Below the pieces are notes generated by a model. The model was not told the DNA's origin, searched no databases, and saw only the letters and a program-made list of their open reading frames with translations. A program made the translations under genes and the position numbers. DNA of 64,000 bases from Mobula hypostoma (lineage: Eukaryota): positions 77,316,001 through 77,380,000 of the forward strand of contig NC_086097.1 of NCBI RefSeq assembly GCF_963921235.1. The letters are read 5' to 3'. Position 1 is the first letter of the stretch, and each line of letters opens with the position of its first letter. Shown here in pieces: positions 34,175-46,703 of the stretch.

Positions 34175-36570
34175 TGTTATGTTTTATAACTCTAAAACAT
34201 AAAAAGTATCTGAAATAAAAACAAGGTCATCTGGAAGAACTTACCTAACTCTGTGTTTACTTTAAGTGAGGTGCACATTTATCACGTGGTAGTGTCATGT
34301 CGTGCGAAATTCACTTAGTTTTACATATAACCCATAATGCATTATTTAAATAAACAAGAATGCCTAGTCAAACAATGTATTTGCAATATTACTTAAATAT
34401 TACCAAAATATCAAACAAAAAACACTCCTCCCTGCTTAGCTATAAATTCCAACCTATTATAGAATGTATCTCAGCTATATACACAGTGTACTATATAATA
34501 CAAATACTATATAGACATCCACAGCATAGTAAACTTTTAAATTGTCCAATTCAGGCCTAAAGATTTAAATGCTGTGGAGGCTTTCTTACTCTAGTGGAAT
34601 AACATCTTTCCTAACAAGGGGGATCACTCTGCTTGGCAGTTGAGACTTGTGCCTGTGAAACAATCTCAGATTCTGGGGCCTCCTTTGTGGTGTTTGTCGG
34701 AGTTGACTCCAAGGTGGCAGGAAGAGGTTCTAACTGCTCTGGACACCTTTCTTCTCCTTTCCTTAGTTGTTTTCTCTCTTGCTCACATTCTTTCTCTCTA
34801 TCTCTTCTCTCCTTTTTAACTTCTTGACTTTCTTTTTTGCACCTTCCTTTTTCTTTCTAGGATGGGCATTTTGATCTTGGAAAGGTGCATTTAGTTCACT
34901 GGAGTAATCCTTCTATTGGTTCCTTTACAATCTGATCTCTCCTCTTGGTTTCCTCATCCACAACATCAATCCTCTCTTTTTGTTTCTTCATTGACTCCTT
35001 TGTTTTTGCCTTTCCATTCATCCACCTGGGTCTTGGTCTTTACAAGCATCTTTTTGTCTTCCTCTTGAAGTCTGTGCAATAACCTTAATGGATGCAGAGT
35101 AAATTCTGGCTGCTTATACTCACATTATAAGAAGGCTTCCAATTTTCCTGAAGCTCCTTGAACTCTCTTCCAGCTTAAAACCAAGCCACATTTCACAAGT
35201 AACTGCTTGAACACATATCAGAAGCTTTCTCAGATATGTTGCCTACAAAAACTGTTCTAGTCAGGCTACTGCTTTAGTCACTTTCATGATTTCTCTGAGT
35301 AGCATAGCCCTTCCTTGGTCCAATATGCTTTTCAACCAGAGACACAGAGGTTGGCACCAGCACCTATTTGCTCTCTGTTGGCCGACAGTTCAGCATGGAG
35401 ACAGTTGTACCATCATCCACTATGTTTCTTAATTTGCTTTTGGCTCACTCTAATACAGAGGATGTCACAACCAAATGGTAGATGGATCTCCAATCAAGTT
35501 GTAGTTGCCTCAGCCACTCACATCACGACAATACTGGCACTCCTGTTTAAACCATATACAGGCTCAATGTGGCTTATTGGTTGCTGTATATCACTGTCAC
35601 AAATGTCATTCAAGCAGGCATTATCTCTTCTCCAGTATAAGTTTTAAATTGGATATCTGTAGGTTTGAGTTCACTATCTTCAAAATGCCATTCAAACTCA
35701 TTTTGTGTAATGGCTGAAACGGCTGAGCTATTGTCCAATTCCAATTTAATTAATTTGCCATTCACTTCTGATGTAAGCCATATTGCTTGTCTATTGTTTT
35801 CACATTGTAAATCTCAAGGCTATGCAGTCCTGTGTCAGTCTCAACGCTATCAGATTTTTCATCAGCAGCATGCAGTTTAGTTTTCATTTTGGAACTGCAA
35901 CTGGATGTTTTATCTTTTTCTCTACACTGTGCAGTCCACTTATTTTTTTCTGCTCGACATGCTCTTCATATGTATCCTACTTTGTTGCATTTTCTGCAAG
36001 ATTTGTCTTAAAATCTGCAGTGATCTGGTGTATGTGAGTCCCTACCACAATGGTAACACTATTTGTTCGGCCAGGCTGGTTTCTATTTAGACCTTGCAAT
36101 TTTGTTCACTCTCACTTTCATTCCTGACTAAATTGTGTCTCCATCTGCTCTTTCCATTGATATGGTTATTTCTACGGCTCTTTTAAATGTAAGTTGTGTT
36201 TCAGTTAGGAGTCATTTTTCAAGCTTTCTTGTAAGATTCCAAGAACTAAATGATCTCTTAATGCATCATTAACCCCATTACCAAATAGACAACTTCTTCA
36301 ATTCAGCCATGTATGCTGAAATTGACCCCCTACCTTTTGATTCCATTTATGAAACCTATAGTGTTTTGCAATTAACAATGATTTCAATTCTAAATGTTAC
36401 TGCATTACTTTCATAATATTAGCAAAACTCATTTCGGCTGGTTTGGTTGGAGCAACTGAACTTCAAAGCAAACGGTATGCCTTTAAACTCAATGCACTCA
36501 GAAGAACTGCTACTTGTTTTTCATTGGCTATTTCATTTGCTTTAAAATACTGCTGAATTAGCTCAGAAAA
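34175..36570 (-). mobile_element. Degenerate Gypsy element: gag-PR, RBM25 insert, pol C-terminus, PPT, 3' LTR
   Basis: gag (QQYFKANEIANEKQVAVLLSAL), PR (LDNSSAVSAI, KTYTGE, LQLDWRSI), pol end (STRVRKPPQHLNL*), PPT AAGCAGGGAGGAG (34425-34437) and an LTR TGTT...AACA (34424-34175). Confidence 0.85.
34770..35363 (-). pseudogene. RBM25: Processed (intronless) RBM25 fragment: RRM and the start of the RE/RD-rich region
   Basis: Minus-strand translation across frameshifts and stops: VLVPTSVSLVEKHIG...TVFVGNISEKASDM..KQLLVKCGLVLSWKRVQGASGKLEAF..CEYKQPE..LRLLH...DEETKRRDQIVK...SSELNAP...HPRKKK...ERRDREKE. This matches vertebrate RBM25 as I recall it. Confidence 0.9.
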
Positions 36571-37059
36571 GAATTCTTAAGTTTGGGCAAAAGTCGTAGT
36601 AACAACAACATTTTCTTGAAAATCCTGTCCATTAAATGGCACTGGATTCTCTTTAATGTACCAAACTGGGAGAAGATTGGTTGCTTTATCAAAAGGATAC
36701 TCCAAAATTACACAATCATACCTTCTAACTTTTAACTCAACCTTAAGAATGATATCAACTGAGTTAAACTAATGCACCTGACACTGACTAAATAAGGCAA
36801 CAAAATAATGAACTGTATTCTTATGTACTCAGAGAAAATGTATATTCAATAGTGAAAGAAAATGTGGTCTGACATATTGTAGCCTGTTTTATAAAGTCAG
36901 TATATCAGATTTTATGTAAATAGTTCTGCAACAAAATAATAAAATAAAAACATTGTGCTGTAATATAAAAACAGCTTTTGTTGTACTGTGAATTATAGAA
37001 TTGTTTGATCAAATGCAAAGGAGAGAATTTAAATGATTTGTTTATGGCAGTGAAGTTGT

Positions 37060-37885
37060 GATTGTTCATTTTGCTAATGGCACAAAGAGAGTGGAAAAGC
37101 ATATTATGAAGAGGACACAGAGGGACGCAGATAGGTTAAGTGGGTAGGGAGAGATCAGGCAAATAGAATATAATTTGGAAAAACAGGAGGTTTTCCATTA
37201 TGGGAAGGAAAATAACAAAGAACCATATTATCTAAATAATGAGAACTTAAGGGGGTATGAGCTGCAGCGAGGTATAGGATCTGTGCATGGCTCACTAAAA
37301 GCTAGAATGCAGGGAAAGTGAACAAAGAGTTACTATTTATTGTTTAGAGGTAGGGAAGTTTTGCTTTAGTTATGTAGGACACTGGTTAATTTGAAGTTCT
37401 GGTCTCTTTATTTAAGGAAGACTGCACTGCATTGGAAAATAGATCAGAAAAGGTTGTTTAGACTCATACCTGAAAAGAATGGATTGTCTTCAGAGGCAAT
37501 GAAAGGCAAGCAAAGTCTCCTCACATTAAGACTGAGAGGTGATTTAATTGAAACTTATGAGATTTTGAAAAGGCTTCACAGATTTGGAGAGGGTGTCTGT
37601 TCTTGCAGGAAAATCTAGAAATAGGGGTTTCACAAATAAAGAGTCTCCCATTTAAGAAAGAGAGAGATGAGGTGCATTTGTTTCTGAGTATTGTAAGCCT
37701 TTGCAACTCTCTTCAGCAAGGTGTGATGAAAGCAGAGGCTGGGCATTTTTAAGTCAGTTAATACTTGGTGTGTTTGATAAGTGGGATTGTGAAAGGTTGC
37801 TCTAGATAGACAATGATGAGGGCCACTATTAGATTTTATTCAATGACAGAGCACTTTCAAGGGGCTGATTGGCTTGCTTCAGCTT
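37060..37885 (+). mobile_element. Old degenerate CR1 3' fragment
   Basis: Remnants FWSLYLRK and LRGDLIETYEILK, plus a decayed tail. Confidence 0.7.
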
Positions 37886-37889
37886 CTGA

Positions 37890-39350
37890 TTGATGACTGG
37901 AAAATTACTCCGCTATTTAAGAAGGGTGGGAGGCAGCAGAAAGAAAACTATAGACCTGTTAGCCTGACATCAGTGGTTGGAAAGTTGGTGGAATCAATAA
38001 TTAAGGATGAGATTACGAGTACCTAGAGGCACATGGCAAGATAGGCCAAAGTCAGCATGGTTTCCTGAAAGAAAAGTCCTGCCTGACTAACCTACTGCAA
38101 TTTTTTGAGGAAATTACAAGCAGTGAAGACAAAGGAGATGCAGTGGATGTGGTGACTTTGATTTTCAGAAGGCCTTTGACAAGGTGCCGCATAGGAGGCT
38201 GCTTAGCAAGATAAGAGCCCATGGAATTTCAGGGAAGTTACCAGCGTGGGTGGAGCATTGGTTGATCAGCAGAAAGCAGAGAGTGGGAATAAAGGGATCC
38301 TATTCTGGCTGGCTGCTGGTTACCAGTGGAATCCACAGGGGTCGATATTGGGACCGTTGCTTTTTATGATGTATGTCAATGATTTGGACTATGGGATTAA
38401 TCGATTTGTGGCTAAATTTGTCAATGGTACAAAGATAGGTGGAGAAGCAGGTAATGTTGAGGAAACAGACAGCCTGCAGAGAGACTTAGATAGTTTAGGG
38501 GATTGGGCAAAAAAGTGGCAAATGAAATACAATGTTGGAAAGTGTAAGGTCATGCATTTTTGTGGAAGAAATGAACGGGCAGACTATTATTTAGTTGGAG
38601 AGAGATTTCAAAAAGCAGATATGCAAAGTGACTTGGAAGTCCTTGTGCAGGATACCCTAAAGGTTAATCTCCAGGTTGAGTCGATGGTGAAGAAGGCGAA
38701 TGCAATGTTGGCATTCGTTTCTAGAGGTATGGAATATAAGAGCAGGGATGTGATGTTGAGACTCTATAAGGCACTTGTGAGACCACACTTGGAGTATTGT
38801 GTGCAGTTTTGAGCCCCTTATTTTAGAAAGGATATATTAACATTGGAGAGGGTTGAGAGAAGATTCACGAGAATGGTTCCAGGAAGGAAAGGGTTACCAA
38901 TATGAGGAACGTCTGGCAGTTCTTGGGCTATATTCCCTAGAGTTCAGGAGAATGGGTGGGGGGGAATCTCATGAAACATTCCGAATGTTAAAAGGCCTGA
39001 ACAGATTAGAGATGGCACTTATTTCCCGTACTAGGGGAGTCTATGACAAGAGGGCAGGACTTCAGGATTGAAGGACGTCCATTTAGAACAGAGATGCAGA
39101 GAAATTACTTGAGTCAGAGGGTGGTAAATCTGTGAAATTTGTTGCCACAAGTGGCTGTGGAGGCCAAGTCATTGGATGCATTTAAGGCAGAGATAGATAG
39201 GTTCTTAATTAGCCACGGCATCAAAGGGTATGGGGAGAAGGCAGGGAAGCTGAGATGACTGGAAGAATTGGGTCAGCCATGATTGAATGGTGGCGGAGGC
39301 TTGATGGGCCAAGTGGCCTATTTCTGCTCCTATATCTTATGGTTTTATGA
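37890..39350 (+). mobile_element. CR1 RT-to-tail fragment
   Basis: ORFs 38184-39071 (PQGSILGPLLF, WQMKYN, LVRPHLEYCVQF) and a CTTATGGT-type tail. Confidence 0.92.
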
Positions 39351-40430
39351 TACATTTGTATAAGATAGTCAAGGGGGTGGAGTGAGAAATTTTTTTGTAC
39401 AATAGAATTAAAACAAAAAAAAATTAGAAAAGAAGTGAAAGTTAAAGAACTAAACATGGTGAAGAAAAGAAAATTTGAAGCTTAATATTGGCATGAAACA
39501 CAAGAAATATGGAATCACAATTGAGAGGTGCATGACCTTAAATCACCCATCAGAGTGACGATGTAAGATATTATTTTCAAAGAGAAGGAACTATTTAACA
39601 TTTGATGGGATGCAGCAAACTTTTTTTTTGGTTTCTTGTCTATGTGGAGAAGTGATTGCAGACTGTTTCATATTAAAGATCAGCATGGTGTGTCAGCATG
39701 GTTTTAAGCCTTTGTCCCATTGTGCTGCAATCTTTGGGTCAGAATGATTGAATCAACATCTGTATTCAACGAAAATAAACAGTTTTAACCTGGGTGGGGA
39801 ACTGCAGTTTGGAAACTAAAGTAATGAAAGATTTCTGAATTGGCTAAAAGTGCAATATGCACAGTTCCCCAGACAGTTTGTGTCTTTTGATGACAGTGTA
39901 AAATGGACGAATGCAAATCCCCAACCTATTATACATATCATTGCAAGTAATGGAAGCAATCTACAGATGTGTGCCAATTCAATCACCTGTTTGGAATTAT
40001 TTAACTGAGTCAGAATCTACCCCAGCAGGTGTCGCTTGGATATATGCGTTCTAGGTTCTCGTTATAGCATGTAAACCATTTGCCCCTTATTTAATGAGAT
40101 ACAGCAGCTCTAAAGCTGCTGGTGCTTTACATCCAATAGTCATCCTTGACATGAAGAAGGGAATCAGTGCTGCCTTTTGACATAATACCACTTGCTTGAA
40201 ATTCATCCCTTAATATTTTCCTGGAGAGATCTAGGTCTTGGTCACTGGTGAAATCAATGGAAATGGAATTTCTAAGCAGAGAAAATGTCCTCCAGCCAAC
40301 TTAAACATTTATCACAAATTACCATAACAAAGTAATTTGAGCTCTACATCTTTAAGACATTCCTTAAAATCCACTCCTTTAATTGAATCTTTAAAAATCA
40401 ATGTCAAATATATCATCAGTATTTTATTGA

Positions 40431-40690
40431 TCATCATCATTAGTATGTGCTGTGTCTTATGGCATGGATGATCACAGTCTTATGACCATGATTGTTCAGG
40501 GCAAATTTTTCTACAGAAGCAGTTTGCCATTGCCTTTTTCTGGACAGAGTCTTTACAAGATGGGTGATCCCATCCATTATCATAAGCAGGTGCTACACCT
40601 TGTCAAAGGGTGACCTGCAGACTAGTAGAGGGAATGAGCACCCTACACCTCTTTTGGTAAAGAGGTATCTCCACTCTGACACCCAATCGT
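40431..40690 (-). mobile_element. Short RTE-derived element (Bov-A-like 5'+3' end fusion)
   Basis: Minus strand ends in (GAT)n, like the RTE tail near 43375, and contains AGAAAAAGGCAATGGCAAAC, resembling the RTE/Bov-A 5' motif. Confidence 0.5.
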
Positions 40691-41511
40691 GTTGATAATA
40701 CTGTCTTATTAAACATTTTGAGTCAGAAGGGCACTGTATGTTGTTGATTATTTTTCTCCAACTATGAAACAATGAACTGGATTCTCCAGCACTTGGGGCC
40801 ATTCAAACACAGTATAGAACCACCTGCCCAAATTTACATTTCCCAATATGGTGGCATGTATGAGCTGCCCCTCTGCATCTGAAAGACATTCTATGTAGCA
40901 GAGCAGGATCGAAGTATTATAGGGACTTCTGAGGCTATGTCTCAATGCACCTCGGCACCCTTTGACAGCTTGCTATTGCCACTGGTGTTTGAATAGGTTT
41001 TTAGATTTCTCTACCAGGGACTTTTAAAAGCTATACAAATAGTTATAAAATAAAACGTAAGAGTGCATTCTTTAATAAGTCTCTAAAGTATCTTAAATAT
41101 CATCAAATTACTAAAAACAGTGAAAACTGTACAATGAAATAAAATTATTCAAATATTAATTTTTGGTAAAGTACATATGGACGTTTTGGGGTTTCGGGTT
41201 CTAATATTTTTCTGTCATTCATTCATTCTTTAAAGTTTTTTTCTCTCTGTTTCATGGATATCTGTGAAGAATAAGGATTTCAGATTGTATACTGTATACA
41301 TTCTCCAATACTAAACTGAATTGAACCATTGAAGTTCAAAGTAAGCTGAATAATCTGTGACTGATAATTTGCCTTTATTTACAAAACCATTTAGCAGAGT
41401 GTCAGTGCAGTCTGCTAAATGCCTTCTGTAGTGCAGTATGTCAGTTAAATTATTTTGGTTGATTACATTCAGAAACCAAACAGCAATAGTTTGATATAAA
41501 TATATGGGAAA

Positions 41512-41630
41512 ACTATTTTACAGATAAACTTTCAGGTAAGTAGGTTAGGCCTACTAATTTTTCACTTACTAATTTTACAGATAAACTTTCAGGTAAGTAA
41601 ATTAGGCCTACTAATGTTTCACCTACTAAT
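41512..41630. repeat. 57-bp tandem duplication
   Basis: TTTTACAGATAAACTTTCAGGTAAGTA..TTAGGCCTACTAAT occurs twice, 57 nt apart. Confidence 0.9.
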
Positions 41631-41936
41631 GTGTCTTGGAAAGTAATGAAGATTAGAGCTACATGGAGTGACTAGCAGATAGCAGATACTTAATTAGTTG
41701 TTGTTTCTCTTTGATGTTCCCTGAAATGAAAGCTTATAACAAACTGTTCTCATTTTGCTTTTACAGTTTTTTGAAGAAAATTGTTAAACTTGTTTTCCAC
41801 CAAGCTCCGAACTTCATAGTATGAGAAAGGAAAATAAGCCATAATTTAAATTAGCAGAAATTATTTCAAGTGGTACTTTGAAGTGGTGCAATACAAGCAT
41901 TATATTATATTTCCAGTAATGGTCAGTGTAATAGTC

Positions 41937-42605
41937 AATAATAACAAGATCTTGAGATTTGCATCATTCTTTGCTTGTTCAAGCTCTTCATAGAATTTAT
42001 CTATATCCTCATTTGTTCCATCTGTTGTTATACCTGTATAATTGATAAATCAAATGGTTGTCCTCTGAATCTAACAAGGAGCACCATTTCTGATATTTCC
42101 CAATGTCCTAAAGCACTTTTTGCCATGTTTTCATCCATAAGAATTCCTACTCCATTAGTATGGGATGTTCCAAAAGAATAAATTAGTGTTTTATTTCTAT
42201 TCTGACATGTTCCAGCACCTGTCCAACGAACTTCGCTAATTCCCATGATGTTAATCTTTAGTCTTTCCATTTCATTTATCACATTGTCCAATCTTCCTGC
42301 TTGATATAGGGTTCTTACATTCCAAATGGCAATAATTTTCTTTTGTGTTACTTGAATTTTATGAGCAGTAGCTTGATGACTTCAGGGATCCCCTGCTGCC
42401 CCGAATCAACCCTACCGAGCGAAGCATCTTCAAAATTGTCTTGAAGATCCTCTTGACGCTGTTGTTGTGTGATACATTTTGTGAGTTTGACCATGGTTTT
42501 CTTAGCAAGTTGATTCTAGGAAACCTAGTATCTAGCAACGGTGGTTTGCTATTGCTTTCCGTTGGGCGAACCAAAGAAATCGCCATTTCTCTTCCCAAAT
42601 GTTTA
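41937..42605 (-). mobile_element. RTE LINE 5' UTR plus APE N-terminus (inverted segment)
   Basis: IAIWNVRTLYQAGRLDNVINEMERLKINIMGISEVRWTGAG...GVGILM (ORF 42028-42291). Confidence 0.88.
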
Positions 42606-43387
42606 TCCGCGGATGACACTGTGATAGTTGCAAGTACGGAGGAAGAACTACAAAACTTAATTGATATAGTTGCTGAAGAAAGTGCAAAAATGGGTCTATC
42701 TATCAATTACAAAAAGACAGAATGTATGGTGATATCCAAAAAGAAGGAGAATCCTATCTGCAGGCTGAGAATAAATGGGGAAGACATAATACAAGTACAG
42801 AACTTTTGCTACTTAGGATGCTGGGTGACATTAGATGGCAGGTGCGACATGGACATCAAAAGAAGAATAGGGATGGCAAAAGACACCTTTACAAGAATGA
42901 AGAGTATACTGACCAACATTAAACTAGGCATGACAACCCACCTCAGAGTACTGAAACGTTACGTTTATCCAGTTATGTTATACGGCTCAGAATATTGGAC
43001 AATATCTAGTTACATGAAGAAATGAATTGAAGCAGCAGAGATGTAGTTTTTGAGGAGGATACAAAGAATATCATGGACGAAACAAATATCTAATGAGAAT
43101 GTCATGAACAGAGCAAGTACAAAAAGAGAAATAATGTATGAGATCATGAAGAGGCAATGGGACTTCATTTCACATGTGATTAGGAAAGAGGAGTTAGAAT
43201 GCACGGTAATTACGGGAAAGATTGAAGGGAAGAAAGCAAGAGGAAGGCAAAGACAAACGATGATGGAGACAGCAGCCAAAGAACTGGAAGTGAATACCAA
43301 CGAATTGATCCACTTGACCCAAAACAGGAGTGTGTGGGCCATTGCAGTCAAAGCTCAAACTGGGCATGGTACCAGATGATGATAATG
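42606..43387 (+). mobile_element. RTE LINE RT C-terminus and 3' end
   Basis: ADDTVIVASTEEELQNL, GLSINYKKTECM, PVMLYGSE, GKIEGKKARGRQR, and a (GAT)n tail. Confidence 0.9.
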
Positions 43388-43394
43388 AATGGTC

Positions 43395-43820
43395 AATGGA
43401 CAAAGTAGCCCAATTGGCTAGCACCCCACTTATTGTTGTATATATTTCCACTCCCTCCACCACTGATGACAGACAATGTACTGGTGCAGTATGTACTGGT
43501 TACAGAATACACTGCATTACTCGAAACAGCTACAATAAGGCATCTCTTAAACCCGCAACCTCTATCTGCATGTAGGTTGAAGGAAGCAAATGCATGGGGC
43601 CACCACAATCTGTATATTCCTCTTCAAGTTGCGCACTGTCCAGATTTGCAAAAGTACGACTAATCCTTTTTCATCACTTTGTCTAGGTCCTGGAACGTAC
43701 TATGTAACAGCAACAGGATCTTCATCATAAGAACAGTTGTGCTTCAAGGAGGCAGCTCACTACCATTTTCTCTAGGGCAATAAATTCTGGCCTTCAAGCG
43801 ATGGCAGAAAATGAATTCAA
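43395..43820 (+). mobile_element. Old L2/CR1-clade LINE 3' fragment
   Basis: Decayed 3' end TTCAAGGAGGCAGCTCACTACCATTTTCTCTAGGGCAATAAATTCTGGCC. Confidence 0.5.
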
Positions 43821-45729
43821 CAAAACATCAAATATTTCTTTAATATTGAAGGAACTATGAGAATGTTCTGCTGGAAGGACAAACAGTGGAAGATTAAGGT
43901 TGCCTTACATGACACCAGCCAGAATAAGAATACTGATCTAGTTGTGTACCTTGGAAAAACGAGGCCAGTCAGAGCATCACTCTTGATACTAATCACTGCA
44001 ACAGATGTCTTTAAGGTAAAATAGAAGAAATATTGTGCACAATTTTACTCCTAAGAGGAAAAGAATCCCTTTACATTGGACCATTCACTACATAGTCAAT
44101 CCAAACATAGATTTATCAAGCTGCACATTTGTGCTTTGTGGTTCGTGCTCAAGATGTGCAACATGGACTATGACAGAATCACTTTTTAATGCCTTGCTGC
44201 ATTTTTAACATGCGTGCCTGATTAGAGGAGACTTGGGCTCTGACCGTATCTATAAGCTGAAATTAAATTTGAATTCTTTTGTTTAAGATGGGGTTGGTTG
44301 TTCCTGGCAAGTAAGGGCAATCAGTGAATACTGTCTCTACATTGTTATCCACATTCCAAAAAGCAACTATAACAGTGAGAGCATTGCCCAGTTTTCAGAA
44401 TCTATTTAAGAAGTTTTTGTATTGAATGTAAACCACCAAAGGTAACTCTACACCCATGCACAATACTAGGCTTCTACTGCGTTGCAGCCACAAAATACAG
44501 AAAGCAGTTTTGGATCTGGTAGTCAAAATTACAGCTCTGATAAACAAGCATGATCAAGATATCCCAGTGTTGGAATAATGAACTGAGGAAAACTTCTTTT
44601 TGCACTTTCATTCTGATCGGAATAGATTTCACATTAGACAAGATATAGTGACAAACTGATCTTCCCTATTTTTCCAAATGTTTTTCTTCAATATTTCCTA
44701 CACCTCATGTAAATCCTTCGCAAAATCTCAATATGAAAGCCATTGCTAGAATTTAGGGCAGATTGGCCTTGAAATGGCCATAGAGTGCTCCACCAGAGGT
44801 AATTGTACTTACTTTTTTGATCATTTTCCTTGAATATCATATTGGATCCTCACCATGACTACCCTGAGGCTCACATGTAAATGTCTTGGCAGCAACGTGA
44901 GACCATTTTGTGAAGAAATCATAGAGAGAAGCTGAATGCTAATTTCTTGATAGTTTATTTGTCATATTGACACTTAGAAAGATATCATCATCAAGATAAT
45001 GTTAGTATTTGCATGCAAGTTAATCAAAATGAATTGAATGTGGCTATATATTAACATTATGAACTGGTTCCAGAGAGAGATGTCTTCACAGGGCTCATGG
45101 AAGGTGAGTTTAGAACTGCAATAAGAAGGCAGAGGTGCTCTCAGTTCTTGCAGGAGCTCAGATGGTAGGTGGGGAGACAAGTATGTGGGAAAGTCAGTCC
45201 ACGGGCAGGGTTTGTGAGGGGCTCAGTTTGTGGAGTGCCCATTGTCAGAGATAAGCTCAGACCAGTGGGCAGGCTTCTCTTTGCACAGGCCTCAGCATGT
45301 AGATGGCTCAAGTGATGAGGCGGGATGGGACTTCAGGTTGTCAGGCATTGACGGGGCTTATGTTGTGAGCGTTTCAGGCTGTTCAGGGCTCACACTATGA
45401 GGGGCTGACATTGACAGGGCTCACCCTAACAGTGGCTCATGTTGTCAGAGGCATCGGTTTCTGTGTTAGGGGCTCAGTTTCTGGATACCTTTCTCAGCAG
45501 AGGGGGTGCTTAGTTTCAGGAGGCAGTCTCTTTGTATTATTGGTGGGGTTGGGATTATAGGATGTCTGTGGATGTTGATGCTTTTGGTGTATTGGGGCTG
45601 GAATTTGCAGGGACTTAGATTCAGAGAGTGGGTGACCCATATGTGGGGCCCAGTTTCTGTTGGGGAATGAGTTCACAAGAAACTCTGTTTGTGCGGGGCT
45701 CAGTTTATGAGGGGATTATAGATTCCCAG

Positions 45730-46082
45730 AGAGAAGGAACACGCAAGCAGGCACTTGGACCCAATGAATCCATGCCAGCCTTCAATCAACCATTTACACT
45801 GATCTGGCACTAATCCCATTTGTTACTCTTTCCATCTTCTCCGCCCCCCCCCCCCACCAGCCCCTAGATCCTACCATTCACCTACATACTGGGGCAACTT
45901 AATGTGGACAATCACCTACCAACTTGCACATCTACAAAATATGGGAAGAAACTGGAGTGCCTGGTGGAAATCGATACAGTTGGAGGGAGAACGTGGGAAC
46001 TCCATGCAGACAACCCCCAAGGTGGGGTATAAACCTGGGAATCTACCTCTGCAAGTCAGTGGCTCCACTAACTACAGCACAT
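45730..46082 (-). mobile_element. SINE (V-SINE/HE1-like)
   Basis: GGGAAGAAACTGGAGTGCCTGGTGGAAA and GGGAGAACGTG core, homologous to the 33.5 kb SINE. Confidence 0.6.
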
Positions 46083-46541
46083 GGCTCCTAGCATAGGTTC
46101 GCTCTGTGGGGAGCTCCATTTGCTGAGGGTCCATTTGTAGGGAAGGCTCAGTCTGAGTGTTCAGTTTGTGAAATAAGACCGTATTCTTTTTGGGGTGTGT
46201 GCACAATCTGTGAGACATCAGTTTGTAGTCTGCTCAGATTGCTGGGGCAGTTTGTGGGGACCTGTGATTGTATGAGGGGTGCCAGTCTATGGGACTTCCC
46301 ATTGGTGGGATTACAGCCTGTGCGTGGCTCATTTAGTGAGGTGCTTACTTAGGGGAGAGGGAAAGGGTTAGTCAGTTTATGGGTCATTTTTTTGTGGAGT
46401 TTTATTTTCTGGTGAGGGGGTCAGTGTTTGAGGACTCAAGTAGTGTGGATATGTTTGATGGGGCTCTGATTCAATTTGTGGGGCTTTTAGAGGGCTCAGG
46501 CTAAGTAAACATTGAAAGGAATTAGTCATTACTTCCAAGAA

Positions 46542-46703
46542 CAACAGGAATTCTGCAGATGCTGGAAATTCAGGCAACACACATAAAAGTTGCTGGTGAA
46601 CGCAGCAGGCCAGGCAGCATCTGTAGGAAGAGGTGCAGTCGACGTTTCAGGCCGAGACCCTTCGTCAGGACTAACTGAAGGAAAAGTGAGTAAGAGATTT
46701 GAA
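46542..46703 (-). mobile_element. 162-bp Penelope-derived insert with a 14-bp TSD
   Basis: TSD ATTACTTCCAAGAA (46528-46541, 46704-46717); near-identical to 6665-6790. Confidence 0.9.
46637..46672 (-). ncRNA. Minimal type I hammerhead ribozyme, intact core
   Basis: The 36 nt are identical to 6723-6758. Confidence 0.85.

Noticed and set aside
34770..35363. Functional RBM25 gene
   Set aside because: Partial, intronless, with several stops and frameshifts, and embedded in a retrotransposon.
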